Under the pieces are notes generated by a model that did no database searches, had not been told where the DNA came from, and worked only from the letters and a program-made list of their open reading frames with translations. DNA of 64,000 nt from the human T2T-CHM13v2.0 reference genome, Homo sapiens. Below are positions 15,031-29,142 of the stretch, piece after piece; position 1 is the stretch's first letter, and every line of letters begins with the position of its first letter. Where the stretch lies: assembly GCF_009914755.1 (NCBI RefSeq), contig NC_060930.1; one strand, 5' to 3'. The position numbers were made by a program, and so were the translations under genes.

Positions 15031-17145
15031 ACTGAAAACCAGAACAGACCAGAGGGCAAAAGCCCTTCCACTTGATGTGCAAATCACGCTAGAAGAGAAG
15101 GGAATTTTTGAGATGGACCAAAAACAATTTCCTTATCCATTACTTCCTATATTGAAAATGCCATTTACTTCCAAAGCTATCTTATTTATTCAAGTTTGCA
15201 GTACAACAGGAGGCCTAGATTATTTCCCAGGTAAATTTCTAACTGTCCTGTTTCAGAGGTATTCCCCTGAGATTCATAGTACATTTTCACTTTAAGTTAC
15301 ATGTTATAAATGTACATGATTTTCTCCAAACCAATGACTGTGTTCTTTAACCCTCCTCCCTAAATCCTTTTTTTAAATCTTTATTTTCATCCTCTTATTC
15401 TTCCCTATCACTAATCTCTCTTGAAATTAAAATATAATGATAAACCAGAATTTGACATAAGACCCTCACCAATGCCAAGAATAGCAAGAGGATTATCTTG
15501 CCGTTCTTGTACATTATTTACTTTCCCAGTGTCATGTCAGTATTGGGTTTAGTGTTTTTCAGGAAGTAGACGCCCACCTTCTAATTGAGTCAGAGCCAAG
15601 AGTAGGACATGGTCTCACTGAGCCATCTTGCACCTGGAGATATCTCCTGGGGAGAGATGCAAAAATAAACAGCAGCACCAGGGAACTAGACCTCATTATA
15701 TTTTTATTAGCACAGTAACTCTTTTAAACAAGCAATATCCTAAATTGGATAATTACCTCCCACATTGCTTTCCCCTTGACTTTGGAACTAAACACAGGCT
15801 CTTTCTCAATTAGCATTCTGAGCTTTGAGTCAAGTTCCTTATGTGCAGTTACCCAGCTGCTGCACAACTACTCAGATGTTGCATGAAGCCCTTCCTAAAT
15901 ATAGCTTTTTAAACACATTCAGGATCCTTCAGGAAAAAATAAATTAGTATAAGCTTTCACTGGCAAGAATCAAAATCCACCCCTTAGAACTTATTTTTAA
16001 AAACCAATTATAAATAAGTCAAATAAGCAAAATTTTATTAAGACTAGATTTCAAGCTGCCAACCTGGCCAAGGTAAAAAGATAATCAGGTAATAAAATCT
16101 GATCCAAGTTCATTATGTAGCATCCTTATCCAGGAATATCTTATTACCAAGTAAACGTAATTTGGTAATAAAATGTTAAGCATGAAATAAGGTACATTGG
16201 GGAAAAAATCTGCTCGTGTTTTGCATTTAAATATTTCAGTATTTAAATGGAAACCAAAAAAAGCAGAAATATTCTGAAGCAAAAACAGAACTGGAATTTC
16301 CATTTCCCATCCACATCATAAATGAGATCATTCCACAGCAATGACTCCTTGCACACCACTTGGAAATGAGTGCACTCAGACAGAACCTGTGGTCTGGGCC
16401 CAAGGCACTGAAAACCCATACTGGCTTCTGAAGGATTCATTACACACATGCACACATACACACAGAAGGTGGATTTTCAGCTCTACCAGAAGTCGTATAA
16501 CCTATGGCTAAGTCTCTATAAAATTTATGAATAAACAACTAAAGTAGCTTCAGGCAAAAGTGGCAGAAACCATTGCTGTTTGTATACCACTTTGGAAATA
16601 AATTTCATTCACTGGGAAAGTTAACATGTGATGCTTTGACAACATCAGAAATAATACTTAATAACTTAGAAATCTTCTGGCATACAGTCCAATATCCCCA
16701 AAAGAATTAACATCCGAGTCCATTTCTTCAAATCTGAATTCAGAGGGCCCTCAAGCTGCCCATATGACTTCTGTCCAAGCATGGAACTCACATTTGTGCA
16801 GTCATATCTGAACAAGTCACCAACCTGGCATGGCTGTTCTTCATTGGCCTGTCACTTACAAGAGATGTGTTATCAAAGACTGTCAAACTACTTCCCACCT
16901 TCAGGACAGAGTGCCAGCTTGCAGAGGAATTAGCAGATGGGGAGATGGGTTAGGGTACAGAGGTAGATGGCACTGCTGCGCAAATAGAAATATCAGAGGG
17001 AACTCACAGCAGATAAACAAAGGAGAAAAAAAGCCAGACTAATCCTTTCAGCAGTCAATAAGAAGCATGGTTTGCCCTGACGACTGAGCCCTGTGGGAGG
17101 TGAGTGTTCACACAGTAGAAGCAGCCTACTCCTGTCTAGCACCAC

Positions 17146-17291
17146 CTGCGCTGTCTGCCCCATGGTCAATGGTGCCTGTAAGAGAGGATGTAGTCCTGGG
17201 CCTCCTCGTAGTGACCAACTCCAGTCCACTGCCCTTGGCACAGCTAAAGCTACACACATCCTATGGCTTGTTCGCTGACTCCCAAACTCAT
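17146..17291 (-). other. Candidate exon: strong acceptor, donor uncertain
   Basis: atttcttttctttcaaacttcAG|ATGAGT at 17293-17292; the best nearby donor CAG|GTGGTG is weak. Confidence 0.25.
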
Positions 17292-17431
17292 CTGAAGTTT
17301 GAAAGAAAAGAAATATTGCCACAATATTTACACAACCCAGTGATTGTTTCCTCCAGAATAACATTTTTAAAAAGATATTCCAGATAACCTATGGAGATGA
17401 GTCTGAGGAAGATTAAAGAAATAGAGGCTGG

Positions 17432-17630
17432 ACAGGGTGGGGAACATCACACCGGCGCCTGTTGTGGGGTGGGGGACTGGGGGAGGGATAGCATTAGGAG
17501 ATATACCTAATGTAAATGACAAGTTGATGGATGCAGCACACCAACATGACGTATGTATACATATGTAACAAACCTGCACGTCGTGCACATGTACCCTAGA
17601 ACTTAAAGTATAATTTAAAAAAAAAAAAAG
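17432..17630 (+). mobile_element. Short 5'-truncated L1PA5-7-type 3'UTR
   Basis: gggagggatagcattaggagatatacctaatgtaaatgac...cctagaacttaaagtataa plus poly(A); 17-bp TSD with 15/17 match. Confidence 0.95.
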
Positions 17631-17641
17631 AGAGAAATAGA

Positions 17642-17947
<306 letters not shown>

Positions 17948-18412
17948 TTATACCTCTTAAGCTGAGGGAAGGGAAGAAGAAATAGAAAGGGAGAGAAGTT
18001 GTTAAGAGGGAAAAAGTAAATTAAATGAAAGGAATGGTAGGTAACTTTGGAAATTATTTCTTCAAATTCTTAGGTTTCTTTCTAGCATTTCCTGTCAGCT
18101 GTCTGGCTCTCTATCAGGGAAAAGGAAAACCTCCTAATTCTATTCTCGTGGGAATTTGAATTGTAAGTAGGAGAAATAACAATGGCCCACAGGCCAAAGA
18201 AGGAAATGGTAAAATTCCTAAATGACTACAGTTGAAAGATCAAGAACAGTGTAAAATATTTGTGTTTTTCCAGTTTTCTGTGTGCTGATGCACAAGATGC
18301 ATCTCTGCACCATGAAGTATTCCTGATGAATTGATATGAAGTAGCACCACGCCACTCTGGCAACATTACATATCTATTAAGTGCTATTGCTAAACCATAA
18401 ACACTGCACATG

Positions 18413-18665
18413 CAGTAGCGTTTGGGAGTTTAGAGCTTGGTTCTCCTGCCAGCCAGACTGCACTTAAACACAAGCTCTTCTCTCTCCACATCACCCTGGA
18501 AAGTGATTTAAACACTGTGAGCCTCAGTTTCCTCATCTAGGAAATAGAAATAATAACAGTACTTTCTTCAAAAAGTTGTGTGGATTAGCTAAAGTAGTAT
18601 ATTTAAAGTATCTGGAATAGCACCTGGTATGAAGCACACAATATATGCTAGCTATTATTATCACT
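18413..18665 (+). mobile_element. MIR
   Basis: gagcctcagtttcctcatct...aataataacagtac...gctattatta. Confidence 0.8.
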
Positions 18666-19059
18666 ATCATTATACCAGTAATAGCTATGTTACTTTCAGG
18701 TGTAAATAGGAATTTTTTATACTTTAAAATAGATTTTCTTAAGTTCAATGGGAAATTAATCATCCAGATAAATATATGACATAGAAAATTATCACGACAA
18801 TAATCAGATATTTTACTTTCCTTTTTATTCCACAATTCAAATATATACATTCTATATTGGTCAATTATGTATGTATTTATTATAAAAATATAACAAAGTA
18901 GATAGTATATTTGTATGATTTAATTATATGTATAGTTTTGATTTTATATTGTGAGCCTATAGATCCTAGTGGAGTTGACTGAAAAGGAGACATGTAAATT
19001 GGCTGAGAAATGGCAATAAACAGACAGTTGCAGAGCTGAGGTTAAGAATAGCTCCATTT

Positions 19060-19290
19060 GGCCAGGCACGGTGGCTTATGCCTATAATCTCAGCACTTTG
19101 GGAGGTCGAGGCAGGTGGATCACCTAAGGTCAGGAGTTTGAGAACAACCTGGACAACATGGTGAAACCTCATCTCTACTAAAAAAAAAAAAAAAAAAAAA
19201 TTAGCTGGGCATGGTGGCACATGCCTGTAATCCCAGCTACTCGGGAGAGTGAGACTCCATCTCCAAAAAAAAAAAAAAAAAAAAAAAAAA
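19060..19290 (+). mobile_element. AluS with about 86 nt deleted from the right arm
   Basis: Junction ctcgggag|agtgagactcc; TSD aagaatagctcca at 19044-19056 and 19289-19301. Confidence 0.95.
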
Positions 19291-19511
19291 GAATAGCTCC
19301 AGCTTTTTGCCATTCTATTTAAAAAAAGGAACAAAACAAAGTTAGTGGGATCTGTTATTTTGCCTGGCAAGCATTAGACAATTACATGGGTGAATGAATG
19401 AGTGAATGAATGAATAAAATTAGTTGTCCCAGTTTGTTTTCAGGCTTTCCTACTGATATTATTTCCCTCCATTCCATTCTTTAATTTTCCTTCTCAAATA
19501 TCGGCTTACAT

Positions 19512-19806
19512 ATTATCTTAAGGAAACTAACACAGGAACAGAAAATCAAATACTGCATGTTCTCACTTATAAGTGGGAGCTAAATATTGAGCACACATGG
19601 ACACAAAGAAGGGAGCAACAGACACCAGGGCATACTTGAGGGTGGAGGTGGGGAGGAGGGAGAAGATCAAAAAACTACCTCTCAGGTACTACACTTACTA
19701 CCTGGATGACAAAATAATCTGTACACCAAACCCCCGTGACATGCAATTTACCTGTATAATGAACCTGCATATGTATGCCTGAACCTAAAATAAAAGTTTT
19801 TAAAAA
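19512..19806 (+). mobile_element. L1PA15/16-type 3' end
   Basis: atactgcatgttctcacttataagtgggagct...aaataatctgtacaccaaacccccgtgac...aataaaagtt. Confidence 0.9.
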
Positions 19807-20968
19807 GGTTCACATGTGAAAAGCAAAAGCTTTTGAATTGATCACAAAACAAATAATATAAGAAAAAATATATGTTCACTTGTTTCATAAAATAACCCTC
19901 GCTTTCCTCAAACTCTTATTTTTTCCATCCCATCCAATATGCTTGGCATAATTCTCTCCCATGCCTCTTTTTTCCCCAATGATTACCTCAATTCTCTCAC
20001 AAAACTTAAGTTTAAAGTGTTTTCCTACCTACCATAATCATAATCAGTACACAATTCCCACCCTGGAATAAAGGATGAAATAAATGTGAGAAAACATCAT
20101 GCAGTGATCACTCTGTTCATCTGTTTTCTTAGGATTTAGGCTCCAGCAGCTCTGAGACCAGGTCTTCTGAAATTGTGAATGCTCAATAAACATGATTTAG
20201 AACAGTCTTGCTTTGAGGACTACAGCGCTCTGTGTGACTATCCTTACTCCAGGTTACCACTGCCTGGATGAGGCTTACTCCTCATTATATTTCCACTTGT
20301 TTCTGTTTTTCTGTTTTCTTACAGACTACAGTCAGGGCCAGAAATATCCTCAGTCTACCCTTTACTCAGCTAAGGGTGTCTCCTCCCTTCTTCATTTTGC
20401 TTGCTATTAAACAGAGCTTTTTATAGTGCCCAGAGGGTGTCAGCCTTCTCAGATGAATTACTTTTCCTGAAAAAGAAAAAAGAGGAAATAAAATAATAAA
20501 ATGATTCATGATCTTGACCCTTGGGACTGGAAAGTAATGTCTCACTGAGTGAAAAGGCAGCACAAAACTCTAGAGAAACTGCAGTTTATATTTCAGTTCA
20601 TACCTGTTAACTTTCCAGCAGTTGGTGGAAATTATTGCAAAGGAACAAGAAAGAATTTGGCCATGGTGTATGGAAATAACAATAAAAAACTATAAATAAA
20701 AACGTAAGGAAAGCAATCATTGCTAGTCCAGCTACTGTTAGCATTCAGTTATTGGTTCATTTATTCATTCAGGATATAATAATCTCTCAGAAAAGTTTAT
20801 TCCAAAACATCACTCCTAATAACTCCCTTGTCATCTTATTTATGTGAAGTGGACTTATTAATCCTAGCACTAAAAGACAAAAATGTGAAAGTAAAAATAG
20901 AGTAAACCAGAGTGTAAGAACGAGGTCAAATTATTTTACCAATTTGAATATAAAAATTATTCAAGATT

Positions 20969-21294
20969 GGTCAGGGGCTGTGGCTCATGCCTGTAATCCC
21001 AGCACTTTGGGAGGCTGAGGTGGGTGGATCGTTTGCAGTTCCTAGGATGGGAGTTCGAGACCAGCCTGAGCAACATGGCAAACCCCATCTCCACTAAAAA
21101 TACAAAAATTATCCGGGCGTGGTGGCACGTGCCTGTAGTCCCAGCTATGGGACGCTGAGGCATGAGAATCACTGGAACCCAGGAGGTGGGTGTTGCAGTG
21201 AGCAGAGATTGCACCACTGCACTCCAGCCTTGGCGACAGAATAAGACTCTGTCTCAAAAATAGATAATTTTTAAATATATATATATATATATAT
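20969..21294 (+). mobile_element. Old Alu (Jb/early S) followed by (AT)n
   Basis: Dimeric Alu; (AT)n at about 21274-21294; short TSD aagatt. Confidence 0.92.
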
Positions 21295-21454
21295 GTTAAA
21301 GATTAATTGAATAAGAAATGGGAAAAATTGAAAAGACTAAGTCGAGTCACTCCTTTTTTTTAATTTTAAGTATGTCACACTATTTCAATTAAAAAATTGT
21401 ACTTATTTTAAATATAGCTTACCTTTATATTGTATGTTTAGAATTTTACCCCTT

Positions 21455-21885
21455 TGTTCATTTACAAATAAACATTTATTAAATATCCACTCTGGACTAG
21501 GCAATGAAGTAAATAAAACAATTTCTCACTGCAATGAGCTCATATTTTAGAAGAGAAACAAGTAAACAAAAATATAATAAAATATGTAAAGCATAATAAT
21601 AAAGACTTCACAAGATCAGAGATGGCTCAACAAAGGATAGGATAACTCTCAGGGGAGTTAATGGACAAAAATGAATAGAACGTATCAGTCAGCCTTGGTA
21701 GTGAAGAAAATTCTGGGAAGGAAATGAACCATATGCATAAAGCCATGTACACATGAGCTAACATGAAGTATCCTAAGAACTGCAAGCCATGTGAAATAGT
21801 TGGAGCATGTGGGAAGGAGGTAGATGATGAGGTTGCAGAGCATGCCAGGGCCATGGTCACAAACAGTTCAAATGCACTGTTAGGA
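21455..21885 (-). mobile_element. L2 3' fragment
   Basis: ttcatttacaaataaacatttattaaat...gagctcatattttag. Confidence 0.65.
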
Positions 21886-21887
21886 AA

Positions 21888-22462
<575 letters not shown>

Positions 22463-23039
22463 TGAACAACAAAACCTAATCCTCCTTAGACTATTTGTGA
22501 CTGTTTGACTTTAACCAGTGTCAATCACTACAGATGAATGCCAATGATTCTCTAAAGAAGGAAGATAAATTTCTAAAAGACTGCTCCTGACCAAACTAAT
22601 TGAGGAAACCAGCTAGTTGAGTGTGTTTCTTGGCCTTCATGCTGATTCTTGCTCACACTCAGGTTTGAAAATATCCTCCAGTTCAGTACTCTACAAACTT
22701 CTAAATATTTTCTGAGATTATCTTTATAAAAACACATCTGTTAAAGAGCACACATAAAATCATTCAGCATTCCATTTGAGAATAAAACATACATTTTGTT
22801 CTCAGCCTCCTAACTCAACCCACTTTCCACTTTCCACTTAGAATCTTAAGCAACAACACATAAAGTTATAGATGAACTTTTGTTTACAATGTTGTACAAT
22901 GGTTTACATTATTGTTTATCTATGGAACAACAAGTTGTGAACTTGCTGAAACTATTCAAAATTCATTTACCTTCTCCTATTTTAACAATGAAAGTCCTCA
23001 GTCCAAGAAACAATGCTTAATTCACCCCAGATGTCATTT

Positions 23040-25085
23040 TAAAATGACTACAAAACACTGCTGAAAGAAATCAGAGGTGACACAAATGGAAAAACATTCC
23101 ATGTTCATGGGTTGGAAGAATCAATACCATAAAAATGGCCCTACTACCCAAAGCAACTTACAGATTCAGTGCTATTCCTATCAAACTACCAACGTCATTC
23201 TTCATAGAATTAGAAAAATCTATTCTAAAATTCATATGGAACCAAAAAAGAGCCTAAATAACGAAAGCAATCCTAAACAAAACAAAAAAAAAAACAAAGC
23301 CAGAGGCATCACACTACTCAACTTCAAACTATACTATAAAGCCACAGAAACCAAACCAGCATGGTACTGGTACAAAAACAGACACAGAAACCAATGGAAC
23401 TGAATAGAAAACTCAGAAATAAAGCTGCACACCTAAAACCATCTGATCTTTGATAAGGCAGACAAAAACAAGCAATGGGGAAAGGACTCCCTATTCAGTA
23501 AATGGTGCTAAAATAACTGACTAGTCATATGCAGAAAATGAAATTGGACTCCTACCTTCCACCACGTACAAAAATTAATTCAAAATGGATTGAAGATTTA
23601 AATGTAAGACCTCAAACTATAAAAATTCTGGAAGACAGCTGGGCACAGTGGCTCATGCCCGTAATCCCAGCACTTTGGGAGGCTGAGGTTGGTGGATTAC
23701 CTGAGGTCAGGAGTTCAAGACCAGCCTGCCCAACAGGGCACAACCCCATCTCTACTAAAAATACAAAAAATTAGCCAGATGTGGTAGCAGGCTACCTGTA
23801 ATCCTGGCTACTCGGAAGGCTGAGGCAGGAGAATCGCTTGAACCCGGGAGGTGGAGGTTGCAGTGAGCCAAGATCACACGCCACTGCACTCCAGCCTGGG
23901 TGACAAGAGTGAAATTCTACCTCAAAATAAAATAAAATTCTGGAAGACAACCTAGAAATAGTCTAGTTGACATAGCCTTGGCAAAGAATTTTTGGCTAAG
24001 TTCCCAAAAGCAATTGCAACAAAAACAAAAAATAGACAACTGCAGCCTAGTTAAACTAAAGAGGTTCTGCACAGCAAAAGAAACTATCAACAGAGTAAAC
24101 AGACAATCTACAGAATGGAAGAAGATGTTCATAAACTCTGCATCTGACAAAAGCCTAATATCCAGAATCTACAGGGAACTTAAACAATTCAACAAACAAA
24201 CAACAAATAACCCCATTTTAAAAATGGGCAAAGGACAACAGACACTTCTCAAAAGAAGACATACATACCAGTGGCCAACAAACATGAAAAAATGCTCAGC
24301 ATCACTAATCAGAGAAATGCAAATCAAAACCACAGTGAGATACCATCTCACACTAGTCAGAATGGCTACTATTAAAAAATTAAAAAACAACAGATGCTGG
24401 CCAGGCTGCTGAGATAAGAGAACGCTTATACCTTGTAATGTATACACTTATACCTTGAAATGTAAATTAGTCCAGCCTGTGTGAAAAACACCTGGAGACT
24501 TTTCAAAGAACTTAAACAGAGCTACCCTGCAATCCCATTACTGGGTATATATCCAAAAGAAACAAATTGTTCTACAAAAATATACACACACTTGTATGTC
24601 CATCACTGCACTATTCACAATAGCAAAGACATGGACTCACCTAGGTGTCCATCAATGGTAGATGGGCTAAAGAAAATGTATATTTTCTTATATGCCATGG
24701 AATACTATACACTATGGAATATTAAGCAGCTGTTAAAAAGAATGAAATTATGTCCTTTGCAGAAACATGGATGGAGCAGAAGGCCAAAATCCTAAGCAAA
24801 TTAATGCAAAAACAGAAAACCAAATACTGCATGTTCTCATTTATAAGTGGGAGCTAAGCAATGAGCACACATAGACATAAATATGGGAAAAATAGACACC
24901 AAACTACTAGACCCTACTAAAGGGTAGAGTGGGGAGAGTGGGTTAAGAAACTACCTATGGGGTACTATGCTCACCACCAGGGTGATGGGATTGGTATTCT
25001 AAACCTCAGCATCACACAATGTACCCAGGTAATAAACCTGCCCATATACCCCCTGTATCTAAAGTAAAAGTTAAAATTTTTTTTA
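23040..25085 (+). mobile_element. 5'-truncated L1 (L1PB4/L1PA17-like), ORF2 3' part and 3'UTR, split by an Alu
   Basis: Degenerate ORF2 peptides ([31 protein letters not shown]); 3'UTR aaacctcagcatcacacaa. Confidence 0.92.
23638..23933 (+). mobile_element. AluS (Sx/Sq-like) inside L1
   Basis: 16-bp TSD aaaattctggaagaca at 23622-23637 and 23934-23949. Confidence 0.95.
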
Positions 25086-25239
25086 AATGAATGAATCCAT
25101 TCCCAATGTTTCCTTTTATTTGAAATATCACATTTATTCAACTCACCCTCTGATTCAGTAAAAATATATCATTTCTCTATATGTATTATTCTCAGCAATT
25201 TTTCCACCACAACCCTAGATCAACAAAGATGGTGTTTTA

Positions 25240-25640
25240 ATTTTTCATTTTCTTTGGTTTTTAATTGAAATATAAAAGGTATAAAGTGCACAAATCTTAA
25301 GCATACATATTTATATCATGTATACACACATACACACACATATACACACGCTAATGTAATCACCAGGCAGATCAAGATAAAAATATTTCTAACACCCCAG
25401 AAAGATGTTTCTTATCCCTTCTGAGTCAATACTTCCCCAGAGTTAACCACTTCTTCTGACTTCTATTACCATAGAATAATCTTTCCTACTCTTGAACTTC
25501 ATAAAAATGGAATTTGGATACATTTTATTCATTAATATGTCTGTGCAGTTTCTTCCTGTTGTTTATAGCAGTAGTTTATTCTTTTTGATTGCTGTATAAT
25601 TTATTAATTTGTCCATTGTGCTGTTAATGGATATTTGTAT
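25240..25640 (-). mobile_element. L1ME-type 3'UTR relic containing a (CA/TA)n tract
   Basis: aagtgcacaaatcttaag, cagatcaagata...caccccagaaag, ttctgacttcta. Confidence 0.75.
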
Positions 25641-26596
25641 TATTGAGCCCAGTTTTGAATACCCAGGCACTGTTCAAGACTATGCAGGTAAAAGGAGCAT
25701 AAGGCAAGGTTCTTGATGCCAGGAACTTATAACCTAGATAAAGCATAATGAAAATACATATGAAAACCTGGCTACAACTTAACAGTCTACACACTATGCT
25801 ATCTTCAGTATCTTGTGTCTTCAGCTCTGAGGCATGCATACATCTTGTCAAAAACATTCCAACATATCATTCCCTGTTGTCTTTCTTCCTTCAATCCACT
25901 CTCCACTTCACCTCTCCAATGCACATACACACATACACACATCTGAATATCAAATGTACTTTGAAATAATAACAGATTCTCTTCAGAAGAGAGTGCAATG
26001 TGTTCTTTAAAATTTACTCTGTGTCCCAGGTTTAGTGCGGTGCACTTTAAAAGCTATTGATTGTTAAATGCAGAATTATTGGTCAATCTTTCAAAAGACT
26101 ACTTAATTTTCTGCTTTTAAAAGATAAAACATGCCATTTTGAATTAATATAGGAACTATACACAGAAATCAGCAGAAATCTAGTTGCTGTCAAGTTTATA
26201 CACAAATGTCATAAAACAAATATTTTCTAAATACGTAATTTTCAATGTCTATAATTTAAACCACTCAGCATATGCAATGTGACCTAAAGTGGATTACTTA
26301 AGCTAAACTGTAACCTGAGTGTTATCCAGATTAAATGACATACTGGTGTTCTATTCAGGAAGCCCATACTCCAAAGTTTGTGCTAAGAGAGCTGTTCCTT
26401 TTTTCTTGATCAGTAACCAATGCTTTGCTAATTTGAATATGCAATATCAGAAATAGATGTCTCTAAGGGGTCTGTTAACTAATAAGTGGTCTATTAATAA
26501 GTTTATTATTAACATGAAGTAAGACTTTGACTCTCTTGATGGAACTTTTAAAATGTAAATTGACTAAAATTATTTTAGAGACATTCTCTACCTTTA

Positions 26597-26767
<171 letters not shown>

Positions 26768-27211
26768 AAAGAACCCAAGGAGGCCTGCACCCTGCACCTT
26801 TTATCCTTAGGGAAGAAACCCAAATACTCTTCTGTCAAGCTGTGAACTCTTGTTTCCTGATGAACCCATCAGAAACAAAAGACATGGAGACCACTAAGCA
26901 AACGTTTAATAAATAAGCAATCTATAAGGATAGCAATCCTGCCTCTGGAATCTGGGCACTAGTCTTGAGTGAACTCTCACTGAACCATAGTACCTTTTGA
27001 AGGATTGAGAACTGAGGTGGTCCTGAGCCTACAGAAAAGCCTGCATGAAGTGTTACTTGATACTTGGGCCCTTCTTCTTGACTTTAGCAATTCATTTAGA
27101 GAGCATGAGAGTATAATTTTATATGGTATAATGTAGTATAGTAAGGAATACTATTAATAATAGCTAGTACATACTTTAAAAGTATTCACCATGTGTCAGC
27201 ACTGTCCTATG

Positions 27212-27435
27212 CCAGGATCAGCAAACTTTTTCTTTAAGATAATAAACATTTTAGGCTTTATGGACCAAAAGGCAAAATTGACGATATTATGTAAGTACTT
27301 ATACAACCACTTCAAATGCAATCATTTAAAACATTTTATTTTAATTCTTAGTTCATGGATCACTAAAAAAAAAAAAAAAAAAAAAAAACAAAACAGGCTG
27401 CTGGATTGATTTGGCTCATGGGCCATAGTTTCTGT
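27212..27435. mobile_element. MER58-family hAT-Charlie MITE (with an A24 run) inserted into a MIR (about 27155-27560, - strand)
   Basis: cagcaaactttttct...ttaggcttt...gatttggctcatgggccatagttt; MIR halves on both sides. Confidence 0.8.
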
Positions 27436-27819
27436 TCTCAGAACTTTACATATATTAACTCATTTAATCTTTTCATCCACCTATGAAGTAGGTACTATTG
27501 AATCCCTATTTTAGGAATAAGGAAATTGAAACAAAGAGAAATTTGGTTAATTCCTGATATCAGACAACTGTATCCTATTAGTATAAATAGTAGAGTCTAG
27601 TATACGGGAAATTGTTTTCTCTACGTGCATTTCCTTCTTTTGAAAGCCCATATATAATACTTTTTTTGTCCACAGTAAAAGACACATTGATTGGAATGTT
27701 CCTCTTGTTAGATAATCTCTCTTTCTGACCTCAAAATGCTAGGCCTCTTGGAATCATGCTGGGGGCTACAGTACATAAAGGTATGGGAAAGAAATCTAGC
27801 CTTTTCTTTATGCCCTTAC

Positions 27820-27860
27820 CAACCTTTCATAAGCCTCCTTTAACTTCTTCATTTTATCAG
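27820..27860 (-). other. Candidate 41-nt exon containing an ATG (MKKLKEAYERL, phase 0 exit)
   Basis: Branch-like tctgac, then cttggctctttgtaccttAG|CTGATAAAATGAAG...AGGTTG|GTAAGG; ATG at 27852 with A at -3. Confidence 0.45.
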
Positions 27861-28632
27861 CTAAGGTACAAAGAGCCAAGGTCAGACATTTGGTGACAAT
27901 CAGGCAGAAGGAAAAGAGTAAAGAGGACCCTATTCTCTTTAGAGCTGGCATTTCCTCTGTAAAATAATAAAGCTTTTGTGAAGAGCCTCCCAATGCAAAT
28001 AACAATACAACATTCATATTCCCAGATGGCACACTGCAGTCATTCATCTTTATGTAACCGGATGGATGATTAGTGTGGGTTAGCAATTGAAGCTAAATTA
28101 TCTGTCAGTTTGTCTTTAGACCTTGCTGATAACATCAGCCCAATATTTGTAATAACTGATGACATGCACTTATGCATAGAAGAGAAGATTAAGCTTACTG
28201 TCTCTAAAAGGAAACGTCAAAGACAAAAAACACAAAGATGGCTTTGGGTCCCAAGCTTCTGGCACCAATGAAAGGCTCTTACTGGCCAACATTCTGAAAA
28301 TGGTACATGCTTTTTCTGGCTAATGGCACAATGATTCTCAGATGGGTGTCATTTTCTCTGGCTCTTTAATCAGGAGCAAAATCAAGAGGAAATAGCTTTA
28401 TTATGTGTAGCTTCAAATCAGACAGCCCTTCGCTAGGTAATCATCACTCTGGGAACATTTCAAAACATTACAGATTTGAACTTTCCAGTATTAGGAACAT
28501 CCTTATTTGGCAAGTCCAGATAATAAGGGTCCTGGTCAAATTATGGACAGTATTCTGGGTATGATAGTGAGTTTCTCTATGAGGATTTCAAACTATAAAA
28601 CATTCCAGTTCATTAATAACTAGTATGACTTG

Positions 28633-28731
28633 GAGGCGAGTGGATCACTTGAGCCCAGGAATTCAAGACCAGACTGGGCAACATGGCAAAATCCCGTCTC
28701 TACCAAGAAAAAAAAAGTTAATAAAAATAAA
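28633..28731 (+). mobile_element. 5'-truncated Alu left monomer (J/FLAM type)
   Basis: About 70 nt of left arm plus A-rich tail; perfect 15-bp TSD aactagtatgacttg at 28618-28632 and 28732-28746. Confidence 0.9.
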
Positions 28732-29142
28732 AACTAGTATGACTTGAATGTTTAGGACAAAAACAAAGCACAAGGTGCCATAGTACAGTACAAAACTCAA
28801 TGACACTTTCTGTCTAAAGATATAATTAATACTAAAATTATACTAAAACAAGATATGCTTTAGGATTCAGCTGATCAGCAAGATTAGCAAAACAAATTGT
28901 TATATGGTAAATGTATGTGACTATTACTTAATAGAATCATATTAACCTGCTATGTTTTAGATCAGAAACAATCGAATCTTGGCAATTTCATACTTTCCAA
29001 CCTACTATAAATTAACAGATTTCTAACGTCACGTATGGAATGGTTGTTGTGTTTTTCTTAAAATTAATTTGCTATGGGAAGCTTTCTTTATCTTGATACT
29101 TTGAAGTTAGAGCCTTAAGACCTGGAACTCCTAATATCTTAC

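Noticed and set aside
19240-19255. Alu internal deletion as a spliced-out GC-AG intron
   Set aside because: GCTGAG is a poor donor and there is no pyrimidine tract; AG microhomology explains it more simply
24422-24465. 22-bp tandem duplication inside the L1PB-type element
   Set aside because: Real, but an ordinary slippage event in neutral repeat DNA
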